The position numbers were made by a program, and so were the translations under genes. Below, in pieces: positions 13,010 through 24,954 of a stretch of DNA of 64,000 bases (within the stretch, counting starts at the first letter, position 1; every line of letters starts with the position of its first letter). The notes under the pieces were generated by a model. It had not been told where the DNA came from, made no database searches, and worked only from the letters and a program-made list of their open reading frames with translations. Where the stretch lies: positions 13,950,001-14,014,000 of the forward strand of contig NC_086108.1 in the NCBI RefSeq assembly GCF_963921235.1, in the 5' to 3' direction. Source of the DNA: Mobula hypostoma (Eukaryota).

Positions 13010-14130
13010 TGAGAAAGCAAGGAGGCATGGGACCCGAGGGGGCATTGCTTTGTGGATCCAGAACTGGCTTGCCCACAGAAGGCAAAGAGTGGTTGTAGAC
13101 AGGTAATATTCTGCATGGAGGTTGGTCACCAGTGGTGTGCCTCAGGGCTCTGTTCTGGAACCCCTACTCTTTGTGATTTTTATAAATGACCTGGATGAGG
13201 AAGTGGAGGGATGGGTTCGTAAATTTGCAGATGACACAAAGGTTGGAGGTGTTGTGGATAGTGTGCGGGGCTGTCAGAGGTTACAGCGGGACATTGATAG
13301 GATGAAAAACTAGGCTGAGAAGTGGCAGAAGGAGTTCAACCCAGATAAGTGTGAGGTGGTTCATTTTGGTAGGTCAAATATGATGGCAGAATATTGTATT
13401 AATGGTAAGACTCTTGGCAGTGTGGAGGATCAGAGGGATCTTGGGGTCCGAGTCTATAGGACACTCAAAGCTGCTGCGCAGGTTGACTCTGTGGTTAAGA
13501 AGGCATATGGTGCATTGGCCTTCAGTGACCATGAGATTCAGTTTAAGAACCAAGAGGTAATGTTGCAGCTATATAGGACCCTGGTCAGACCCCACTTGGA
13601 GTACTGTGCTCAATTCTGGTCGCCTCACTACAGGAAGGATGTGGAAACCCTAGAAGGGGTGCAGAGGAGATTTACAAGGATGTTGCCTGGATTGAGGAGT
13701 ATGCCTTATGAAGACAGGTTGAATGAACTCGGCCTTTTCTCCTTGGAGTGATGGAGGATGAGAGGTGACTTGATAGAGGTGTACAAGATAATGAGAGGCA
13801 TTGATTGTGCAGATAGTCAGAGGCTTTTTCCCAGGGTTGAAATGGCTAGCACGAGAGGGCATAGTTTTAAGGTGCTTGGAAGTAGGTACAGAGGAGATGT
13901 CAGGGGTAAGTTTTTTATGCAGAGAGTGGTGAGTGTGTGGAATGGGCTGCCGGTGGCAGTGGTGGAGGCAGAAACAATAAGGCCTTTTAAGAGACTCCTG
14001 GATGGCTACATGGTGCTTAGAAAAATAGAGGGCTATGGGTAAAGCCTAGGTAGTTCTAAGGTAGGGACATGTTCGGCATAGCTTTGTGGGCCGAAGGGGA
14101 TGTATTGTGCTGTATGTTTCTATACTTCTA
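13010..14130 (+). mobile_element. CR1 3' half, relatively well preserved
   Basis: [61 protein letters not shown]; frames broken mainly by stop codons. Confidence 0.95.
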
Positions 14131-14139
14131 ATGCAGAAT

Positions 14140-15050
14140 AAAGTGTAAAAGCTACCAAAAAGGTGCAGTGCAGGTAAGAGATAATCTGCAAGATTATAAC
14201 GAAGTAAATTGTGAGGCCAGGGTTCCAGCTTATCATTCAAGAGATCCATTCGGGAGACTGATAATGGTGGGATAGAAGGTGTCCTTGAGCTTGGTGTTAT
14301 GTGCTTTCAGGCATTTTTTTTATCTTCCATGGGATGGGAGAGAGAAGAGAGAACATCCAGGGTGTGTGAGGTCTTTGATTATGCTGGCTGCATTATTGCA
14401 TTGAGAAGTGTTGACTGAGTCCATCCAGGCATGGTTGGTTCCTGTGACGTGCTCAGCTGTGATCACAACTCTCTGCAGTTTCTCACAGTCACATGCAGAG
14501 CAATTCCCATTACAAGCCGTTATGCAGCCAGGCAGAATGCCTGGATAGAAATTTTTAAGAGTCAATGGAGACATGCCAAATTTCTTTAGCCTCCTGAGGT
14601 GTTGGTGAGCTTTCTTTGCTGTGACATCAACGAGATTGGACTAGGACAGGCTATTGGTGATGTCCACACCTAGAAACTTGAAGCTCTGAACCTCAGCACT
14701 GTTGATGTAGATGAGAGCATAGGGTCTTGGCCCAAAATGTTAACTGTTTACTCCTCTCTATAGATGTTGCTTGGTCTGCTGAGTTCATCCAGCATTTGTT
14801 TGTGTTGCATAGATAGGAGCATGTACACAGCCTCCCCCCACCCCTCCTTTTTCTGGTGTCAATGACCAGCTCTTTTGTTTTGTTGACATTGAGGAAAAGG
14901 CTGTTGTCACGAAGTTCTCTGTCTCCTTGATGTACTCTGACTCATCGCTATGTGGGATACAGCTGATAACATGAGATCTGCAATCTTGTAGATGGAGTCA
15001 GAGCAGAATCTGCCCACGTGGTCATGAATGTACTGGAGTAGCGAAGGGGT
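14140..15050 (-). mobile_element. Rex1/Babar LINE fragment
   Basis: ILPGCITACNGNCSACDCEKLQRVV..AASIIKDLTHPG (14320-14574). Confidence 0.75.
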
Positions 15051-15079
15051 TGTGTTATTGGTTTGATTGGCTCTAATTG

Positions 15080-16080
15080 CATAATTGGCTTGATGGTGGA
15101 GAGCAATGGGTGATGGTGGAAGGCTGATTTTGGACTCAATGTTTGTGATTAGTGGTGTGCCTACCCATTGCTACTTGTCATCGCTAGCAATGATTTAGTT
15201 GGGAATGCAGAAGGTGTGGTTAGTAAATCTGCAGATGGTACAGATAGGTTCTATTGTTGACAGTGAAGATCGTTATCAGATTTACAGAAGGACCTCAATC
15301 AGCTGGATTAGTGGTCTGAGAAGTGGTAAATGGAATTTAATTTGATAAGAATGTGGTGTGCATTTTGGTAAGACAAATCAGAGTCGGACTCATAGTGAAC
15401 TGCAGGGCCATGGGCAGTGTGGCAGAGCGGGGGGATCTGGCAAACTGCCCTGAAAGTGATGTCACAGATAGATAGGGTGGTGAAGCAGGCTTTTGGCATT
15501 CTGTCCTTCACCAGTCAGGACAATGAGTATAGAAGGGGCGTGTTTGTTGCAGTTATACAAGACACCTGTGAGGCTTCATTTGGAAATCATGTTCAGGTTT
15601 TGTCACCCAGCTATGAGAACGATGTTATTCAATTGGAAAGAGTGCAGAGGAAATTTACAAGGATGCTGCCAGGACTGGGGGACTGAGTTACTGAGAGAGG
15701 GTGAATAAACTGGGACATTACTCATTGGAGCATAGGAGAATGAAGGGTTATCTTTTCGACGTGTATGAAATTGAGGGTCTTTTGCCAAGGGTTGGGAAAT
15801 CAAGAACTGGAGGTCAGAGGTTTAAGGTGAGTGGGGGGGGGATTTAATAGGAACTTGAGGGGCAACGTTTTCACCAAGAGGTCAGTGGTCAGAATATGAA
15901 ATGAGCTACCAGAGGAAGTGGTTGAGGCGGGTACATTAGGCACATTTAAAAGGCACATGCACAGAAATGGTTGAGCAACATGGGCCAAACAAATGGGTCG
16001 TGCTGAGATGGGTATTTTGGTCAACATGAACAGATTCAGCTGAAAGGAATGTTTCTGTGCTGCATGACTCCAATACTCTG
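15080..16080 (+). mobile_element. CR1 3' half, degenerate
   Basis: VIQLERVQRKFTRMLPGL and neighbouring RT motifs. Confidence 0.85.
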
Positions 16081-16439
16081 TGGCAATTTAGTTAGACAAA
16101 AACACACTACCTGTGTAGTAAACAGAAATGTAAACAAACTGAAAACATAGCTGATTGGAGTCCTTCGCATTGGTTGTATCCCTGCTGTTTAATTGGCCAG
16201 CTCGGTACAGGAGGTTGGTGAAACCCAGCAACTGCTCTCGGCAACAGCATGCTTCCTAAGGAGCATCAGCTCAGGGTGTTGGACTGCAGCCTAAATTACC
16301 TTCAGAGGAGGAACGTCACCTGGACAATTCCATCCAGGAGATGCTCATAGCTCTTCAGTTATGAAGTCACCTGGTCAGGGCCAGAGAAGTGTAACTACAA
16401 AGAAGGTAGGTGTTTCACCTGGAATGTGTTGATACAGGA

Positions 16440-17500
16440 TCCTCAGGAATTAGGAGGACATAAAGGGCCATGAAATATCATTGGCAGACAAGGTTAAGTT
16501 CAATTCCAAAGCTTGTGCAAGTATGTTAAGGTGGGGGGAGGATGTAACAGGAAAAGACAATGGGAGCTGGAGATGTGGGCAATGGCATATATTAACATTT
16601 CTGTATTCACCAAGTAAACAGATAGCTTAGGGCAAGGAATGATGAAATTCTGGAACATCTTAGTATTAAAAAGAGGAGTTGCTATATGTCATAAAGGTTA
16701 GTAAGTCTCCAGGGCCTGGTAAACACTAGGACCCTAAAGATAATTTTAGAACAAAGAAAGGTACATACTCTTTGAATGTGGTGACACAGGTAGACAAGTT
16801 GGTGAGGAAGGTGTTTGGTATGCTTGCTTTCATTACTCAGGCACTGAGTAATAGAGTGGTGACATCTTGTCTGCTAGCATGTAGTTTTGAGGCTTTATAA
16901 GGTATTATAAGACCTCACTTGGAGTACTGTATAGTGAGCAGTTTTGGGCCTCTTATCTAAGAAAGAATATTCTAGCATTGGAGAGGGTCCAGAGGAGATT
17001 CATGAGAATATTCTTAGGAATGAAAGGGTTAATGAATGAGGAGTGTTTGAGGGCTCTGGGCCTGTACTCACCAGAGTTCAGAAGAATGAGGGAATCTCAT
17101 TGAAAGGCCTGGATAGAATGGATGCAGAAGGAACGTTTCCTATAGTGGAAGATCCTAGGACCAGAGGCCACAGCCTCAGAATAGAAGCACATTCCTGTAC
17201 AACAGAGATGAGGAGGAATTTCTTAGACAGAGGGTGGTGAATCTGTGGAATTCATTGCCACAGACGACTATGGAGGCCAAGTCATTGGGTACATTTAAGG
17301 TGGAGGTTGATAGGTTCTTGATTAGTAAGGGTGTCAAAGGTTATGAGGAGAATGGGGTTGAGAAGGATAATAAATAGAGGGGTAGATTTGATGGGCAAAA
17401 TGGCCTAATTCTGCTCCTACGTCTTAGGGTATTATCATGCTATAACTGTACAAGTCATTGGAGAGATCACACATGGAGTATTGTGTACATTTCTTCTCTC
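16440..17500 (+). mobile_element. Nested CR1 fragments
   Basis: RTRGHSLRIE..EMRRNF (17043-17240); RPHLEYC-type motif near 16910-16930. Confidence 0.75.
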
Positions 17501-17819
17501 CCAGCTCTTCATCCACTGTCTCCAAACTTCATATTTACTTCATATGTCTTTTTGCTGCATTTTACAATACTTGCAGAATTTTGAGTAGCCCTGGGCGGTT
17601 GCCTTAGCTGGTGGACACAAACAGTGGACAGAAGAGCTATTTCATCACAGTGCACTATCCTCTTCTGCAGTCTTCAGTAACTGATTCCCACAAACACTGT
17701 GTAATCTCAGACTGACAACGTAACTTTCTTGGGGATGTACTAAAGGGAGCTGCAGAATGAATGCTGGACTTCAGCAGGTCACAGCTCTTCTGGAATGTGC
17801 CTTTGACATGATAACAGGT

Positions 17820-18190
17820 ACCACTGTGGATAAGATATTGCTGGCTTGTAGCTCCAGAGATCTGAGCTCTACCTTGACCTCAGGTGTTGCTCGTGTGCAG
17901 TTTGCATATTCTCCTTGTGAAATGTCCCAGTCCAGTGAATGATCCCAGACTAGAAACTCTTTCTCTGAGTTTTTCCAGCATCCTCTGCTTTTATGTCAAA
18001 TTGCCCGCATGTCCTTCTCGTGTGCCTTATAGATTAATTAGCTGATGTAACTTACCTCCAGTGTGGGTAAGTAAGGGTAATTAAGAGAGAGTGGGTAAAT
18101 AAGAGAGAGTAAGGTGCAGCGTTACAGGGAAATATGAGAGGGGAATGGGACTGAATTGTAATTTCTCTGGGAGATGTTATGGGTTGAATG
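17820..18190 (+). mobile_element. Degenerate V-SINE-like element
   Basis: V-domain-like TGTGCAGTTTGCATATTCTCCTTGTGA; decayed tRNA-like head. Confidence 0.45.
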
Positions 18191-18369
18191 CTCCTCTCCA
18201 TTACTTTTAGTTTGATCTGTGGGAACGATTATGCTGCCAGTTGTCCCTCAAACACTGAATGCTGATAATTATATCACATCAGTGCTTTCAAACATATTGG
18301 CGCACAGCACAGAAAACCAAGCCTTTCTCCAATGAGGAACTGTGAGCCTCAATGCTCCACAAGGCATTA

Positions 18370-18429
18370 TGACAGACATTTCCAAGGCAGAATAACCCCC
18401 TGACAGACATTTCCAAGGCAGAATAACCC
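18370..18429 (+). repeat. 31-bp direct tandem duplication
   Basis: TGACAGACATTTCCAAGGCAGAATAACCC occurs twice in tandem. Confidence 0.9.
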
Positions 18430-19069
18430 ACTGCCTATGCTTGGGGAGAAGATGCAATCCCTGTGACACACACCACCATAATGTGATTTCCTTGCATTTG
18501 AAATCTACATGCTTGTAACTAACTGAGGCCACCGCTTCTGGTTATTTTCTTTCTACATAAGCAGCCTGCAGGTGTATAAAGAAATTATTTTGAGCATTCT
18601 CTTGGCTGTTAACTCATCACAGTAAGCTTACGTTTACATTACCAGTAAGGTCATGCATGTGCATTGAATGCAGTCTGAAGATGACACACTATTACACACG
18701 TGCTGTTCCTCTCCCCATAGCAGTCCTTCTCACACTATCACATACTCCAGTGAGGCCAGATGCTAGCGGTCTACAATTACCAGAACTAGGTAAAGGCTGT
18801 AATCAGTGAAATTTACACGGTTACAGTTTACAATCACACAAAAGCTTCCGTAACGGAGCAGTTTTCCACATTATCTTTCTGGCCCTGAAGTTTGGGAGCA
18901 GTGTTGTTTGCAGACTGGTGGAAGCCTGTTCTCTCTCTGTGGGAGTGTGCAGGTGGCCTGCTGCACTTTCCAAATGGGTGAGAGTAGACGAGGGGTTTGG
19001 GAGTAGATTGAAAATGCTGATGTTCTCAGATGGACAGTATTTTATCACCTCACAGAAGCACTGACTCAC

Positions 19070-19363
19070 GCCGGAATCATACCACAATGGCCATCATTGG
19101 TCACAGTGGCTACCATCTTCTGCCTCAGGACTGGACTATATAGTAACCCATTGACTGCAGACAGATCATTGCTCTGATAGGCCAGATTTCCACTCTGAGG
19201 TGGTAGCAGCTTCCAATATACTAGCTGTTGTCCTGATGTTCCAGCACAACAGCTGTCTGTTCCACTGTGACAGCTGTCTGTGCACTGTTTCAGATATCGA
19301 GTGACCTTCCAGAGATTGAGTGCTGGGTCGGAGAGCAGGAGATTAGTCCCATAGGGGCAGTCA
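19070..19363 (-). CDS. Candidate 294-nt symmetric (phase 2-2) coding exon: DCPYGTNLLLSDPALNLWKVTRYLKQC...LLYSPVLRQKMVATVTNDGHCGMIP
   Basis: Unique non-repeat island; acceptor tgatttttatcccAG; consensus donor GGC|gtgagt; length divisible by 3; only one frame open from the acceptor. Confidence 0.55.
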
Positions 19364-19732
19364 CTGGGATAAAAATCAGTATTATTGTACACTAAATATG
19401 CATACACATTGTGAAAGTCAGGAATCAGCAACACTTGGATAGACAGATGTGGATTAGCACTCGTGCCCAAGGGCATAGAAACTGGTTTACTGACTCCTAG
19501 TGTGCTATGGCTCCCACGCATTCCAACTTCAGGAACTGGCAGTTCCATACATATTGACTCCCAGTTGTTTATCAATGGAATAAAAATGATTTTTCACTGG
19601 ATTACCACAGGAACAGTTCCACAGAAATGGAGACATACAGGTCTTAAGTCAGAGCTTCAGAGACAGTTCCTTCGACAATACAGAGATGTCGATTCAAATT
19701 CAGATTGATTTATTATCACATATATATCAAAC

Positions 19733-19936
19733 AGGCCAGCTGCTGGTGTAGTGGCATCAGCACTGGACTTCAAGGCAGATGGACCCGAGTTCAAACCCAG
19801 CCGGGTCCCAACCTGGGCAGCTGCAGTATCTGTGCAGAAGAAAGGCCTGGCAACCTACTTCCGAATCTTGCCATGAAAACCCGACGGTCCACGAGGTCAC
19901 GAAGAGTCAGACTCGACTTAACGACTGAACAACAAA
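19733..19936 (+). mobile_element. tRNA-derived SINE with RTE (BovB-like) 3' tail
   Basis: A-box TGGTGTAGTGG, B-box GAGTTCAAACC; tail GGTCACGAAGAGTCAGACTCGACTTAACGACTGAACAACAA; short ATCAAA repeat on both flanks. Confidence 0.85.
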
Positions 19937-20060
19937 CATCAAAACAACTAGTGAAATGTGTGGTTTGTGTTAACAACCAACACAACCTAATGAACAAGCA
20001 ACACACATAAAAGTTGCTGGTGAACGCAGCAGGCCAGGCAGCATCTCTAGGAAGAGGTAC

Positions 20061-20096
20061 AGTCGACGTTTCAGGCCGAGACCCTTCGTCAGGATT
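20061..20096 (-). ncRNA. Minimal type I hammerhead ribozyme motif (Penelope-associated), core intact
   Basis: AAUC-CUGACGA-AGGGUCUCGGCCU-GAAAC-GUC^GACU: conserved CUGAnGA/GAAA/GUC core, stem II AGG/CCU, palindromic ACGU stem III, stem I with one mismatch. Confidence 0.75.
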
Positions 20097-20676
20097 AACT
20101 GAAGGAAGAGTTAGTAAGAGATTTGAAAGTGGGAGGGGGAGATCGAAAATGATAGGAGAAGACAGGAGGGGGAGGGATGGAGCCAAAAGCTGGACAGGTG
20201 ATTGGCAAAGGGGATATGAGAGGATCATGGGACAGGAGGTCCGGGGAGAAAGACAAGGGGGGGGGGAACCCAGAGGATGGGCAAGGGGTATAGTGAGAGG
20301 GACAGAGGGAGAAAAAGGAGAGAGAGAAAAAGAATGTGTGTATATAAATAAATAAATAACGGATGGGGTACACTAATGCCCCACCTCCCCGTCGTACCTC
20401 ATCCATTATTTATTTATTTACATACACACATTCTTTTTCTCTTTCTCCTTTTTCTCCCTCTGTCCCTCTGACTATACCCCTTGCTCATCCTCTGGGCTTC
20501 CCCCTCCCCCTTTTCTTTCTCCCTAGGCCTCCCGTTCCATAATCCTCTCATTTCCCTTTTGCCAATCAACTGTCCAGCTCTTGGCTCCATCCCTCCCCCT
20601 CCTGTCTTCTCCTATCATTTCAGATCTCCCCCTCCCCCTCCCACTTTCAAATCTCTTACTAGCTCTTCTTTCAGGT

Positions 20677-20712
20677 AGTCATGACGAAGGGTCTCGGCCC
20701 GAAACGCCGACT
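20677..20712 (+). ncRNA. Hammerhead ribozyme motif with mutated core
   Basis: AGTC-ATGACGA-AGGGTCTCGGCCC-GAAAC-GCC-GACT (C3>A; GUC>GCC). Confidence 0.6.
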
Positions 20713-21709
20713 GTACGTCTTCCTAGAGATGCTGCCTAACCTGTTGTGTTCACCAGCAACTTTTATGTGTGTTGCTTGAAATTCCAGCATCTGTAGATTT
20801 CTTCGTGTTTGCAACCTAAAGAACAGTTGGGGGTCACCTGGAGGTGTCACCACACATTCCAGCACCAGTCTGTCATGGCCACAATATTCAGCAGAACAAC
20901 ACAAGCAATGACAACAAAACAACAGCAAAACAAGCCCCTTTTCTCCCTCCCACCCACACACCTGCGGTCTACTGGTGGCTCCAGACTCCAGCGCCCAGGG
21001 GTCTCACAAACTTCTGGACTTGTCAACTTCTGCCTTTGACCTTCAGTCTTCAGTCTTTGCTACCAAACGCAGGACTCATCGATCACGTGACACCGAACTC
21101 CAGGCTTGCACAGACCTCTGACCACAGGGCTCGCTGATCTGGGGATCACCAACCCCCGTGCCTCCTGTCCACACGAAACTCTGATCCCGGGTCCCACCGA
21201 CCCGTGGGGGCTCGCTGACTTGGGGTGTCACCAGCCCTCTTCCACAAGTCCTGTTGACCTTGGTCATTGGCCATGCAGATCGCTGGTCTTCGTAATAGTG
21301 CCCGCCAACCCAACATCAGTCCAGGGGGATCGATGGCCTTTGACCATAGAGTGCTCCAACCTGGACTCCAGCCTGACCTCTAACTCTCCATCATCTGTGT
21401 CCCTAAGCCCTAACCTGTAAACCTAAAGATCAACTATCTCTGAGCCACGATCTCAATGGACTTTACAGTTCGGTGTCACCTTGACCAGAAAATCTCATGT
21501 GAAGAAACAGGAAGGAATCTACAGAGCGCTGTTACAGTGTCCTTTTCAGGACACATAGCTTGCTAGCAAGTACAGGAGCTAACATGACAGTGAATGAAAT
21601 GCTGGTCTTTAGTACGAAAAGGATGGATATAAAAAAGGGGCAATTCTTCCACAACAGTGCAAGACATTGGTGAGACTACAGGTCAGTAGTGTGCTCCATT
21701 TCCCAATCC

Positions 21710-22205
21710 ACCATTGATGTTGCTCTCAACCGCATCTCCTCTATTTCCTGAACATCTGTGCTCACCCCATCTTCCAACCATCTTAACAGTGATAGAATTT
21801 GTCTTGTTTCTTACCTACCATCCCATGAGCCTCTGCACCACGTACATCATTCTCAACAACTTCCACCATCTCCAAAGGGGTCCTGCTACCAATTATATCT
21901 TTCCCTCCCTCCCTTTCTCCAGGGATCACTTCCTTGGTGAGTCCCTTGTCCAGTCATCCCTACTCATTAATCTCCCTTCCTGCACTTATCCCTGCAAGCG
22001 GTCAAAGTGCTACACCTGCCAATTCACGTTTCTCACCTCCATTCAGGACCCAAACAGACCTTCCAGGCGAGGCATCAACACTTCACCTGCAAATCTGCTG
22101 AGGTCATCTATTGTATCCAGTGCTCCCAATGCAGCCTCCTCTACTTTGGTGATACCCACTGTAAATTTGGAGACAGCTTCATCGAGCACCTCCACTCCAT
22201 CCGCC
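21710..22205 (+). mobile_element. Penelope-like element fragment (RT C-terminus/linker and GIY-YIG endonuclease)
   Basis: YPCKRSKCYTC zinc-binding linker; FTCKSAEVIYCIQCSQCSLLYFGDT..F.EH. Confidence 0.85.
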
Positions 22206-22214
22206 AACCGTGTT

Positions 22215-23010
22215 GTCAATTCAGAGTTGAGATGAATGAAGTATCCACAGTGGTCCAGAAGCCTGATGGTTGAAGGGTAATAATTGTTCCTGAAGCTGGT
22301 CTTGTGGGACCCAAGGTTTCTGTACCTCCTGCTTGATGGCAGAAGCGAGAGAGAGCATGGCCTGGATGCTGGGGGTCCTTGATGACAGATGTTGCGCTCC
22401 TTGTAGATGTGCTCAATGGTGTGGAGGGCTTTACTTGTGATAGTCTGGGCTGCATCCACTCCTTTTTGTAGGCTTTTCCAATGTTGGGCATTGGCAGTTC
22501 CATACCAGGCCGTGATGCAACCAGCTAGTATACTCTCCATTGCACATCTATAGAAGTTTGTCAAAAGTTTTGATAAAATGCCGAATCTTTGCAAACTTCT
22601 AAGAAAGTAGAGGTGCTGCCATGCCAGTTTTTGTAATGGCACTGGACAGATCCTCTGAAATGATAAAGCCGAAGAATTTAAAGTTCTTGGCCTTCTTCGC
22701 CTTTGATCGCCAATGAGGAGTGGCTCAAGGACTCCCCATTTTCCTGCTCTTGCTATCAATAATCTGCTCTTTGGTTTTGCTGATGTTGAGTGGGAGGTTG
22801 TTGCTGTGGCATCTTTCAACCAGATCTCCCTCCTATATGCTGATTTGTCACCACCTTTGATTTGGCCAACAACAGTGTCATCAGCAAACTTAAATATAGC
22901 CTTGGAGCTGTACTTCGCCTCACATTCATAAGTAAAGCAAATAGAGCAGGAGGCTAAGCACACAGCCTTGTGGTGTACCAATGCTGATGGTGATTGTAGA
23001 GGAGATGTCC
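22215..23010 (-). mobile_element. Rex1/Babar LINE 3' part
   Basis: IFKFADDTVVGQI..YRRE; LYFLRSLQRFG..FYRCAMESILAGCITAWYG; LLPSSRRYR. Confidence 0.9.
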
Positions 23011-23499
23011 CTTGCAGCTGAACATGACAACAAGATTTCGCTTCATGCTTGGAGATATTTTTCCAGTGCTGAAGTCCTGTGCTTATTGGATCAAACAGGA
23101 TCAGGCAACTATCAACACAACTTCCAACACACCAATGGTTTTAATTCCAACTATTATTTATCCGTTCCCTGGCATTCGGAATCATAGCGAAGCAGAGCAC
23201 AGAAACAGGCCCCCTGGCCCAGCAAGTCTGTGCTGCGTACTCCCCTCGAGTCACACCTGGATCATCACCCTCCATACTCCTCCCGCGTTGTGTCTGAACC
23301 CTTGCAGCTCGTTCCACACTCTCACCACCCTCTGCAATTCCTCCTCATTCTCACACTTGATTCCATCTTCAAACATGTGGTATCCAATCGTCCTGAAGTT
23401 ACAGGTATGAAGGCAATAATATCTAACCATAAAGAGATTCCAGGGTTGAGTGAAGAGTCAATAAAATGGCACCTCCCATTGACCTGTTATGATGGTAGG

Positions 23500-23870
23500 C
23501 AAATTGGAGTGGATCCAAGTCGTACCTCAGGTGGGAGTTGATGTGTTAAGCACTTCATCACAGTGAGTGTAAATGCTACTGGATGATAGTCATTCGGGAA
23601 GTTACCACGTTCTTCTATTTTGCTATTTTATAGCAAAATATTGCTATTTTGAAGCCTGCTTGAAGCAGATGCCTACCTCAGACTGCCAAAACGAGAGGTT
23701 AGATATCAGTGAACACTCCGGCCAGTAGAATAGCACAGGTTGTCAGTATCCAGCAAGGTACACTCTCTGGAGTAGATGCTTTCTGTGGGTTCACCCTCCT
23801 GAAGGATGCTGTCATGTCAGCCTCAGAGACTGAAGTCTCTGGGAGTTCATAAAGGTGCCTCCATGTTGAG
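23500..23870 (-). mobile_element. Probable Rex1/Babar RT N-terminal fragment
   Basis: Minus strand encodes a NDYHPVAFTLTVMKCL-like motif. Confidence 0.55.
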
Positions 23871-24954
23871 CTAAACTAACGGGAGTTTAGAAGAATGAGA
23901 GCCAAGCTCATTAAATCATATAAGATTCTGGATCATAAAAGGGTGGATTTTGAGAGGATGTTTCCAAGTGTGAGGGTATCCAATACTTTTCCAGTTCTGT
24001 TTCTCTCTCTACCAGTGATGCCTGATCTATGGAGCATTTCCAGCTCTTTATTTTTATTCCTAGAACAGGGAGCAATATAGTTGAGGTGGAGCTTACTGTC
24101 ATTTGCACAGGTACATGCATGTACAAGTGCAATTGCAGCAGCGTAACAACAGATTCACAACATTCACAAGAGAAACATAAACATATTATACTAGAAAGAA
24201 CACAATGAGCACAAACATTAAAGTCCATTGTAATGCAAAGTGGTTATACTTTACAGAGGTAGTGATTAGGGTTGTGCAGATTGGTTAAGGAGTTTTAGAA
24301 AAAGATGAGAATTTCTCCTCTCAGTGGGCGGTATTTCACTGGAATTCCCTAATTTAGAGATTGTGGAGACATTGAATGCCTTCAGAGCAGATGCTGACTG
24401 ATAGTCAACTTTCAAGAAAGTCAAAGGTTTAGGAAACAGCGGGAAAGTGTTGTTGAGGTCAACAGCTGGATCAGCTATGACCTTACTGAATGGCTCAAGG
24501 CCTACCTTATTGGCCCACTTTTCTCCCTGTTTCTTCTGCCCTTGCATCCTATATCCTTATCTGTGCTTTTATCCCAGCTAATATTACTGTGATTTATTTC
24601 CCAACTCTCTCTGCCTTGTTATTTCTGACTTCTCTGAAATCCGCCCACGTAATTAACACTTTCACCTGACCCTGCCCGTGACATTCTCCTCAATATGACG
24701 ACCTCTTGTTTTGTTCTCCAGTTTTATTTATTTTTCTAGCACTTCACCCACTCACAGAATTAAAATTGTTTCGCTAACTAACTTTGCTACATATCCTCCT
24801 TGTTTACCCCACCCCCTCAATGATCCCCCTACGTCCCATGAACTATCTCATCCTGAAAACCCTGTAACAAGGAGTGTTTAGCTGCACCTCCAAGCTAGAT
24901 TTCAGTATGACCATTATGACATACTGTATAATGTTAAATGTCATCTGGGGTCAT

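Larger units (their letters stand above)
19994..20810. mobile_element. Two Penelope-like element termini in inverted orientation
   Basis: Arms 19994-20371 and 20394-20777 are reverse complements with a 22-nt spacer; same terminal sequence follows the GIY-YIG region at 34090-34190. Confidence 0.85.

Noticed and set aside
16200..16410. Exon in the unique island (either strand)
   Set aside because: Minus frames from the best acceptor hit stops quickly; the open plus frame ending AAG|gtaggt has no recognisable product or partner exons
19791..21420. Cluster of overlapping 60-145 aa ORFs
   Set aside because: They arise from low-complexity Penelope arms, a SINE and a GC-rich degenerate repeat; no coding signature
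23355..23422. Minus-strand exon ending AAGT|gtgaga
   Set aside because: The apparent donor coincides with the start of CR1-derived sequence, and no frame gave a recognisable product
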